In this document: positions 7,971 through 14,510 of the stretch, one piece after another | How positions within the stretch are numbered: the stretch's first letter is position 1 | Layout: every line of letters starts with the position of its first letter | NCBI GenBank assembly: GCA_049970495.1 | Contig: JBMFMV010000051.1 | Span: forward strand, 1-14,510 | Length of the DNA: 14,510 nucleotides | Direction of reading: 5' to 3' | From: a bacterium | Lineage (GTDB): Bacteria > DUMJ01 | Program-made: the position numbers and the translations under genes | Notes under the pieces: generated by a model | Databases searched by the model: none | The model's input: the letters and a program-made list of their open reading frames with translations, nothing else | What the model was told of the DNA's origin: nothing

Positions 7971-9114
7971 ATAATATGTCCTTCATTATTGATACTAAAT
8001 CTTCAGGGGTAGCTGTTCTGGGATTTGCTTTTAATGATTCAGAACTTTGAGACTGAGCTGCTATATCCTCAAGGTCTTCTTCTTTTACTCCAAAATCTCT
8101 AAGCCTTCTAGGAACATTTAGAGAGTCTAAAAGATTCTCTATAGTCTCTAACAGTTTAATGGCGCATTCTTTATCTGATAATCCTTGACTAGAGGGTTCT
8201 ATGGTTCTATAAATATTGGCATACTTCTTTTCTACAACAGGCATATTAAATCTCATAACAGCAGGGAGTAATACTCCACATATAAGGCCGTGATGAATTC
8301 TATAATTAATTCCTAAAGGATGAGCTAATCCATGAACTGCTCCGAGTCTAGCGTTAGCAAGAGCCATGCCTGCCATCATACTACCTATACTCATAGCTTC
8401 TCTAGCTTCCAAATTCTCTCCATTCTTCACTGCAACAGGAAGATTTTTAAGAATGAGAGTACTTGCCTGTAGAGCGATGGAATCGGTCAGAATATTAGAT
8501 CCTTTTGATACATAAGATTCTATGGCTTGTACTAATGCATCTAGTCCTGTCCAAGCAGTCAAATTTGGAGGAAGAGTTAAAGTGAGTACTGGATCTACAA
8601 TAGCAATATCAGGTAATATCACATTTTCCCTTAAACTTCGTTTTGCCCTTCTTTCCGGATCTGTAAGTACTGAATTTTTTGTCACCTCTGACCCTGTGCC
8701 AGATGTTGTTGGTATAGCTATACAGGGAATACCTTTTTTACCAATTTTAGCCCCATTTATATAATCTATAGTTCTTAAAGGCTTGTCAAATAAAACCGCT
8801 ACAGCCTTAGCCACATCTATACTACTCCCGCCTCCTATACCTATGACAAAGTCACATCCATTCTCTTTAGCTACTCTTCTTCCTTTGTCTACCAGTCCTA
8901 CCTCTGGGTCAGAAGGAACACCATCAAAATATACCCATTCTATGCCATTAGAAATAAGGATTTCTTCTAACCTCTCTTTGAGACCAGATTCTTTTAAAAA
9001 TCTTTTACCCGTTACTATAAGAACTTTCTTCCCTATGGCTTTAGTCTCTTCTTTTAGACTGTCAAAAGATCCTTTACCAAATATAATCTTATTAGAGGTT
9101 GCAAACTCATACAT
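7969..9114 (-). CDS. Iron-containing (family III) alcohol dehydrogenase
   Basis: 381 aa; IGIGGGSSIDVAK, IPTTSGTGSEVT, AIVDP and DALVQ...HGLAH...HG motifs; overlaps the upstream gene by 8 nt. Confidence 0.92.
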   Translation of the reverse strand: MYEFATSNKIIFGKGSFDSLKEETKAIGKKVLIVTGKRFLKESGLKERLEEILISNGIEWVYFDGVPSDPEVGLVDKGRRVAKENGCDFVIGIGGGSSIDVAKAVAVLFDKPLRTIDYINGAKIGKKGIPCIAIPTTSGTGSEVTKNSVLTDPERRAKRSLRENVILPDIAIVDPVLTLTLPPNLTAWTGLDALVQAIESYVSKGSNILTDSIALQASTLILKNLPVAVKNGENLEAREAMSIGSMMAGMALANARLGAVHGLAHPLGINYRIHHGLICGVLLPAVMRFNMPVVEKKYANIYRTIEPSSQGLSDKECAIKLLETIENLLDSLNVPRRLRDFGVKEEDLEDIAAQSQSSESLKANPRTATPEDLVSIMKDIL

Positions 9115-9454
9115 TTCTAATCTCCTTCACACTCCTTGTAGCTACAAGGGTTACATCCCCATCATGATATACGATATCTCCCCTATGTATAGGAGCTTTT
9201 ACAGAGACAGAAGAAATTTTCTTTACTATCTCCCTTAGCTTCTCCTTAGGGATAGGTTTAGTAGACTTAACTGGCAGTACTTTCACTATCCCTCCATCTA
9301 TTTTAATAGTTGTAGTTAGAATCCTCTCCGGACTAAGAAGTTCTCTCTTAACAAAATCTACTCCCCTGTTACACCTAGCACCAATTATGTTTCCTTTATC
9401 ATCTATCTTTATCTTGCATCCTACTGGACAAACTATACATGTAAGTATCTTCAT
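9107..9454 (-). CDS. DUF1667-family Cys-rich metal/Fe-S-binding protein, probable small subunit of the G3P dehydrogenase complex
   Basis: TCIVCPVGC...CNRG, PERILTTT and APIHRGD motifs; ATGA overlap with the upstream oxidoreductase. Confidence 0.85.
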   Translation of the reverse strand: MKILTCIVCPVGCKIKIDDKGNIIGARCNRGVDFVKRELLSPERILTTTIKIDGGIVKVLPVKSTKPIPKEKLREIVKKISSVSVKAPIHRGDIVYHDGDVTLVATRSVKEIRNV

Positions 9455-10689
9455 ACTTTCTCCCCTACCAGAGTTACTTCTATGTCCAAATTACTATCAA
9501 GTAGTTCCCTCTTTAACTTAAGTTTCATCATCTCACCTGGTCTAGCATATTCATAATTTCCAAGAGAAAGTTCCTTTTCATTAGTTCTACCGAGTATATG
9601 GCAGTTTGTGAAAGGTTCTTGGGGCCTAAAGTATAAATAAGGGGGAGTATCTATAGGAAGGGATAATCTTTGGGGAACAATGTATCTTATATTTTTACCT
9701 GGTTTAATATTTATAATTCTTTCAATCTTTCTCTTTCCAGATATGTAATTTATTGCTCCTTCTCCTGCTAAGTATGCCTCTCTAGTAACTTCATCTACTA
9801 GGTCATGCACCTGCAATACATTCCCACAGGCAAATATACCATCTACATTTGTTTCTCTATTTTGGTCGACTATAGGTCCGTTAGTTCTTGGGTCTAACTG
9901 AACCCCTATCTTTTTTGAAAGTTCATTCTCTGGTATAAGCCCAACTGAAAGAAGAATTGTGTCTACATCCATAAAGAATCTTTTTCTTGTTAATAGATTT
10001 TCTATAATAACCCCTTCTACCCTATACTTCCCCTTTATCTCTGTTATTGTATGGTTGAGATATAGAGGAATACCAAAATCCTCAAGACATTGGACCACAT
10101 TTCTAGTAAGTCCTCCTGGATATGGTAATTTCTCAAGAACTCCTAAGACTTCAGCCCCTTCTAGATAGAGTCTCCTAGCCATAATCATTCCTATGTCTCC
10201 GGAGCCAAGTACAACAGCTCTTTTGCCAGGCATAAGTCCCTCTATATTTATTAACCTCTGCGCAGATCCTGCTGTATATATCCCTGCAGGTCTTTCTCCT
10301 GGAATACATAATGCTCCTCTAGTTCTCTCTCTACAGCCCATAGCTAATATTATTGCCCCTGCCTTAATAGTTACTATGCCACTCTTTTTATTTACTCCAT
10401 ATACTGTCTTATCCTTTATATCTAAGACCATAGTAGAGAGGAGAATCCGTATATTATTTAGGGACAAGACCTTCTCTATAAACGTCTCTGCATACTCCGG
10501 ACCAGTCATCTCCTTCCCTAAAAGACTAAGACCAAAGCCAGTATGAATGCACTGATTTAATATGCCTCCAAGTTCAAAATCTCTTTCTACTAAAACCACA
10601 TTAGCACCTAATTCTCCAGCTCTTAGAGCAGAAGCTAGTCCAGCTGGCCCACCACCAATTACAACTATATCTGCCTTCATTTCCATCAT
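9451..10689 (-). CDS. NAD(P)/FAD-dependent oxidoreductase (pyridine nucleotide-disulfide type), probable G3PDH partner subunit
   Basis: GGGPAG, GGILNQCIHTGFG, AMGCRER, second Rossmann motif GSGDIG, ACGNVLQVHDLVD; ATGA overlap with the glpA-like gene. Confidence 0.88.
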   Translation of the reverse strand: MMEMKADIVVIGGGPAGLASALRAGELGANVVLVERDFELGGILNQCIHTGFGLSLLGKEMTGPEYAETFIEKVLSLNNIRILLSTMVLDIKDKTVYGVNKKSGIVTIKAGAIILAMGCRERTRGALCIPGERPAGIYTAGSAQRLINIEGLMPGKRAVVLGSGDIGMIMARRLYLEGAEVLGVLEKLPYPGGLTRNVVQCLEDFGIPLYLNHTITEIKGKYRVEGVIIENLLTRKRFFMDVDTILLSVGLIPENELSKKIGVQLDPRTNGPIVDQNRETNVDGIFACGNVLQVHDLVDEVTREAYLAGEGAINYISGKRKIERIINIKPGKNIRYIVPQRLSLPIDTPPYLYFRPQEPFTNCHILGRTNEKELSLGNYEYARPGEMMKLKLKRELLDSNLDIEVTLVGEKV

Positions 10690-12125
10690 CGTTTTGTCTC
10701 TCCTATAACTAACCTAGATTCTTTGCCTTTTTTAGTAATGTTTTCTGGTGGTGTCTCTAAAAGTTGAGAAAGTAGAGGAATAAGTCTAGGTCCACAGAAT
10801 CCCCCCTGACATCTGCCAGAACCAGCCCTGGTTCTAAATTTTACACCATCTAAAGTATTAGCTCCACGTTTTACCGCCTCTATCACTTCACCTAAAGTTA
10901 CATATTCGCACCTACATATAATCTCTCCATAATTTGGGTCCTTGGCTATCAATTTATCCCTTTCTTCCCAAGACAGATTAACAAATCTTGAAATAGCCTT
11001 TCGCTCTGGGACAAAATTAGACTTTGGGAAAAACTTAATCCCCTTGTCTTTTAAGATCTCCTTTACATATACTGCTATTGCCGGAGCAGAACTCAACCCA
11101 GGCGATTGGATACCACCTACATTTATTAGATTTTCTACTATAGGGGAAGGTTCGATGACGAAATCTTTTTTGGATAACTCTTTAGCCCTCAACCCAGCAA
11201 ACACTGTAATAATCATATTAAGTGGTAGATTTGGAACTTCTCTCTTTGCAAATGAGAGAATCTCCTGTAAACCTTTGTCTGTAACATTAGTATCATCTTT
11301 TGAGGTTATATGTTCATTGGGGCCAACTAGGAGATTCCCATCTACTGTAGGCAAAACGAGGATACCTTTAGTTGTCTCTGTTGGCAATGGAAATATTATA
11401 TGACTTACTAAGTTTCCAACCTCCTTATCGAACAATGCATATTCACCCTTTACAGGAGTTATAGTAAAGGAATCATCGCCAGCAAGTTTAGCTATCTCAT
11501 CGGAATGAATCCCTGCTGAATTTATTATCCACCTAGCTTTTAAAAGCCCCTTATCTGTCTTAATGACCTTAATTTTCTTATCCTCCACCTCAAATCCTAT
11601 TACTGTTGTGTCGAAAATAAATCTTACACCATTCTGTTCTGCATTTTCTCTAAATGCTATAGCAAGCTCGATAGGAGAAGTGATAGCAGTATCCTTTACC
11701 CAAAGGGCACCCTTTATATCTCTTGAAAGATTAGGTTCTAATTCAAAAATTTTGTCTTGGCTTATTATTTCTAAATTTGTAACTCCGTTTATCTTCCCTC
11801 TCTTCTCTAAATTTTCTAGTATCTTAAAGCCATCTTCGTTAGGAGTTAATACTAGAGAACCTATCTTTTTATAAGGTACATCTAACTCTTCACAGACATA
11901 AGGAAATAACCTTGCCCCTTCTACATTAAGTTTTGCCATTAAAGTTCCAGGCTTTGGGTCATATCCAGTGTGAACTACTGCACTATTAGCTTTTGTTGTA
12001 CCCCACCCTACATCTGCCTCTTTTTCTACAAGAACCACTTCCAATTGATACTTAGCTAATTCTCTAGCTATTGCAGTCCCTACTATTCCACCCCCAATAA
12101 TAATAACGTCTAACTCCTTGTCCAT
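10686..12125 (-). CDS. FAD-dependent glycerol-3-phosphate dehydrogenase-like protein (GlpA/LhgO-like DAO fold) with C-terminal BFD-like [2Fe-2S] domain
   Basis: GGGIVG, TTKANSAVVHTGYD, KGEY, GIQSPGLSSAPA, and ICRCE...RCQGGFC; overlaps the glpK end by 16 nt. Substrate inferred from glpK synteny. Confidence 0.85.
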   Translation of the reverse strand: MDKELDVIIIGGGIVGTAIARELAKYQLEVVLVEKEADVGWGTTKANSAVVHTGYDPKPGTLMAKLNVEGARLFPYVCEELDVPYKKIGSLVLTPNEDGFKILENLEKRGKINGVTNLEIISQDKIFELEPNLSRDIKGALWVKDTAITSPIELAIAFRENAEQNGVRFIFDTTVIGFEVEDKKIKVIKTDKGLLKARWIINSAGIHSDEIAKLAGDDSFTITPVKGEYALFDKEVGNLVSHIIFPLPTETTKGILVLPTVDGNLLVGPNEHITSKDDTNVTDKGLQEILSFAKREVPNLPLNMIITVFAGLRAKELSKKDFVIEPSPIVENLINVGGIQSPGLSSAPAIAVYVKEILKDKGIKFFPKSNFVPERKAISRFVNLSWEERDKLIAKDPNYGEIICRCEYVTLGEVIEAVKRGANTLDGVKFRTRAGSGRCQGGFCGPRLIPLLSQLLETPPENITKKGKESRLVIGETKR

Positions 12126-13594
12126 CCTAGACTACGTCTTACTGCCTCCTTCCATCTGTTGTAGAGGTTATCCATCTTCTCTTTATCAGTCTTTGGTTCA
12201 AATATATGATCCACCTTCCATATCTTACTTGCCTCTTCTAGACTCTTGAAAGCTCCTATACCAATAGATGCCAGTATAAATGCTCCTAGAGAAGTTGTCT
12301 CTATTATCTTAGGTCTTATAACAGGGATTCCTAAAAGATCACTTTGAAATTGAAGTAAGAAGCTATTACTAGTAGCACCACCATCAACTCTTAGTTCCCT
12401 GACCTTTACTCCTGTTACCTCTTCCATAGTACTTATCAAGTCTCTAATCTGATAAGCGATTCCTTCTAAAGCGGCTCTAACAATGTGCTCTCTTCTAGTG
12501 GCTCTGCTTATACCAATTATCATTCCTCTAGCATACATATCCCAATAAGGTGCACCTAACCCGGTAAGAGCTGGGACAAAGTATACATCCCCAGTATCGT
12601 CTATTGCTCTTGCAAAAATCTCAGAACTTGGTGCATCAGGTATAATACCTAAATTATCTCTAAGCCACTGTATCACAGAACCTCCTGTAAATACACTACC
12701 TTCTATGGCATATCTCAATTCTCCATTTATACTCCATGCGATAGTAGTAAGCATTCCCTTTTCAGTAAAGATTAACTTTTCTAAAGGTTCTAAGAGAAAA
12801 CAACCAGTACCATAGGTAACCTTTAATGTACCTGGAAAGAAACAGCACTGTCCAACTAGGGCTCCTTGTTGGTCTCCTACTATACCGGCTATAGGAATTC
12901 CATCCCTAGGAAAACCTTCGGTATATCCAACTATACCAGAAGAATCCACCACATTAGGAAGAATAGATTTAGGTATATCGAATAAAGCTAAGAGCTCATC
13001 ATCCCATTGCCCTTTTTCTATGTTGAATAACATCGTCCTAGAGGCGTTAGTAGTATCTGTAGCATGAACTTTGCCACTGGTAAGATTCCAAAGTAACCAG
13101 CTATCTACTGTACCGAAACATACCCTATCTTCTTTCAATAGAGACCTTAACTCTGAGATATTTTTCAAAAGCCAGATAATCTTTGTACTAGAGAAGTAAG
13201 CATCACAAAGAAGTCCTGTCTTTTTTCTTATAATAGGTTCGTATCCGTTATTCTTTAAATTCTCACATATGTCTGCACTTCTCCTACACTGCCACACTAT
13301 AGCATTATAGAGGGGTTTTCTAGTAATTCTATCCCAGAGTATAGTAGTTTCTCTCTGATTAGTAATACCAATTGCGGAAATGTTTTTTACATCTATCCCA
13401 GAGTTTTTTATAGCCATAGAAACTGCATCTTGAACAGTTAACCAAATATCTTCTGGCTTCTGTTCAACCCATCCTGGCTTTGGAAAGATTTGAGGCAACT
13501 CTCTTTTACCATCCCCTAACTGATTACCCAACTCATCAAAAATTATTGCCCTACTATTTGTAGTTCCTTGGTCAATAATTAATATATAGCCCAT
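12110..13594 (-). CDS. glpK: Glycerol kinase
   Basis: DQGTTNSRA, ITNQRET, WQCRRS, TNASRT, GDQQ, TYGTGCF, GLGAPYWD and VDGG motifs; AGGAG RBS. Confidence 0.96.
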   Translation of the reverse strand: MGYILIIDQGTTNSRAIIFDELGNQLGDGKRELPQIFPKPGWVEQKPEDIWLTVQDAVSMAIKNSGIDVKNISAIGITNQRETTILWDRITRKPLYNAIVWQCRRSADICENLKNNGYEPIIRKKTGLLCDAYFSSTKIIWLLKNISELRSLLKEDRVCFGTVDSWLLWNLTSGKVHATDTTNASRTMLFNIEKGQWDDELLALFDIPKSILPNVVDSSGIVGYTEGFPRDGIPIAGIVGDQQGALVGQCCFFPGTLKVTYGTGCFLLEPLEKLIFTEKGMLTTIAWSINGELRYAIEGSVFTGGSVIQWLRDNLGIIPDAPSSEIFARAIDDTGDVYFVPALTGLGAPYWDMYARGMIIGISRATRREHIVRAALEGIAYQIRDLISTMEEVTGVKVRELRVDGGATSNSFLLQFQSDLLGIPVIRPKIIETTSLGAFILASIGIGAFKSLEEASKIWKVDHIFEPKTDKEKMDNLYNRWKEAVRRSLGWTRS

Positions 13595-13615
13595 AAACCT
13601 TCTCCTATAAGTATA

Positions 13616-13650
13616 ATAAAAAGCTACGCGTATTATGCGTAGCTTCTTAT
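13616..13650 (-). terminator. Intrinsic terminator downstream of tRNA-Val and upstream of glpK
   Basis: Stem AAGCTACGC (13621-13629) / 7-nt loop / GCGTAGCTT (13637-13645); on the minus strand the hairpin runs into TTTTTATTAT. Confidence 0.8.
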
Positions 13651-13659
13651 CTTCTTCTA

Positions 13660-13735
13660 TGGTGGGCGAAACAGGACTTGAACCTGTGACCCCCTGCGTG
13701 TGAAGCAGGTGCTCTAACCACTGAGCTATTCGCCC
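13660..13735 (-). tRNA. tRNA-Val (anticodon CAC)
   Basis: Reverse complement is GGGCGAATAGCTCAGTGGTTAGAGCACCTGCTTCACACGCAGGGGGTCACAGGTTCAAGTCCTGTTTCGCCCACCA: 76 nt, acceptor stem GGGCGAA/TTCGCCC, anticodon arm CCTGC-TT-CAC-AC-GCAGG, GGTTCAA T-loop, encoded CCA. Confidence 0.97.
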
Positions 13736-13756
13736 AGCTTTCTCTTCACCGTTTAT

Positions 13757-13785
13757 ATTATATCAGTGTGATGACAGATTTGCAA
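13757..13785 (-). promoter_or_regulatory. sigma70-type promoter of tRNA-Val
   Basis: TTGCAA (13785-13780), 17-bp spacer, TATAAT (13762-13757), with extended TGn. Confidence 0.75.
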
Positions 13786-13808
13786 GTTTAAATAGTTTGT
13801 GATATAAT
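13780..13808 (+). promoter_or_regulatory. sigma70-type promoter of the glycosyltransferase gene
   Basis: TTGCAA (13780-13785), 17-bp spacer, TATAAT (13803-13808), with extended TGn. Confidence 0.7.
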
Positions 13809-13906
13809 CTTTTATAGATAGTTCTCTAACTCCCTGTTAAATCTTAATTTCTTTTAATCAACTTTAAATTTTACTATTAACACATCTTGTACAGGGGGTG
13901 ACATAG

Positions 13907-14510
13907 ATGAAAATAGCTTTTATAAGTACTTATCCACCTCAAGAATGCGGGATAGCTAATTTTACAAAAGATTTGGTGGAGGCTATTTATAGTAATAACA
14001 GGAACATAGAGGTATTTATTTTTGTTCCTTCAGATAGCGAGATAGACTTAGAAGCTGAGTATAATAAGTCTTTTATAATTCATCCAGGAAAGGATAACTA
14101 TACTGAGACTGCCAATATTATTAACTCATTAAATATAGACTGCGTCTCACTACAACATGAGTACGGCTTATTTTCTGGAAAGGACGGAGAAGATATTATC
14201 TTTCTTTTAGAGAAACTTAATGTCCCTATAGTCACTACTTTACATACGATACTTACAGATCCAACAGAAAATCAAAAGGACGTTCTCAAAAAAATAGGAA
14301 ACCTATCTGAATATCTAGTAGTTATGGCATCAAGTGGAGTTAGGCTACTGGAAGAAGTGTATGGAATAAGCAGAAGAAAGATAAGATTTATACATCATGG
14401 GATACCTGACTTATTGCCAACTTTCTCTAAAGATGAGATGAGAAGAATATTAAATATTCCTAATGATACCTTTGTCTTATCAACCTTTGGTCTACTTAGC
14501 GAAGGTAAAG
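13907..14510 (+). CDS. Glycosyltransferase family 4 (GT-B fold), N-terminal part (runs off the window's right edge)
   Basis: Not in the ORF track. Manual translation gives MKIAFISTYPPQECGIANFTKDL...LQHEYGLFSG...VTTLHT...FIHHGIP...STFGLLSEGK, a typical GT4 mannosyltransferase-like N-terminus, open to the window end; GGGGGTG RBS. Confidence 0.92.
   Translation, partial: MKIAFISTYPPQECGIANFTKDLVEAIYSNNRNIEVFIFVPSDSEIDLEAEYNKSFIIHPGKDNYTETANIINSLNIDCVSLQHEYGLFSGKDGEDIIFLLEKLNVPIVTTLHTILTDPTENQKDVLKKIGNLSEYLVVMASSGVRLLEEVYGISRRKIRFIHHGIPDLLPTFSKDEMRRILNIPNDTFVLSTFGLLSEGK

Noticed and set aside
4920..9114. Rhamnose pathway link between the GH106-like enzyme and the Fe-ADH (as lactaldehyde reductase)
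   Set aside because: The genes are convergent and separated by a terminator, the ADH is coupled to the glp operon, and no rhaA/B/D genes are present.
8522..11874. Plus-strand ORFs antisense to the glycerol operon (8522, 8783, 9959, 10193, 10942, 11563)
   Set aside because: Fully overlap confident minus-strand genes; typical reverse-frame artefacts.
13660..13735. tRNA-Val as an integration site for a genomic island carrying the glp operon
   Set aside because: No duplicate of the tRNA 3' end, no integrase and no obvious compositional shift seen in the window.

Overview
AT-rich (roughly 35% GC by eye) bacterial chromosomal window, probably from an anaerobe. No mobile element or CRISPR array is evident. 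From left to right: the start of a flagellar basal-body operon on the minus strand (flgB-flgC-fliE-fliF-fliG-fliH partial); an IscR-like Rrf2 regulator with three Cys, divergent from a small encapsulated-ferritin-like (Flp/EncFtn-type) gene and a 1003-aa GH106-like glycoside hydrolase; a bidirectional terminator; a translationally coupled five-gene glycerol operon on the minus strand (glpK, GlpA-like flavoprotein with BFD [2Fe-2S] domain, NAD(P)/FAD oxidoreductase, DUF1667 Cys-rich subunit, Fe-ADH-family enzyme); tRNA-Val(CAC) with its terminator just upstream of the glpK RBS; and a partial GT4 glycosyltransferase. All proteins belong to known families, so I cannot claim a new system. The most interesting observations are architectural: a symmetric bidirectional promoter sharing one palindromic -35, possible read-through or antitermination control of the glycerol operon from the tRNA, an atypical ADH coupled to a tripartite G3P dehydrogenase, and an orphan EncFtn-like gene next to an Fe-S sensor.
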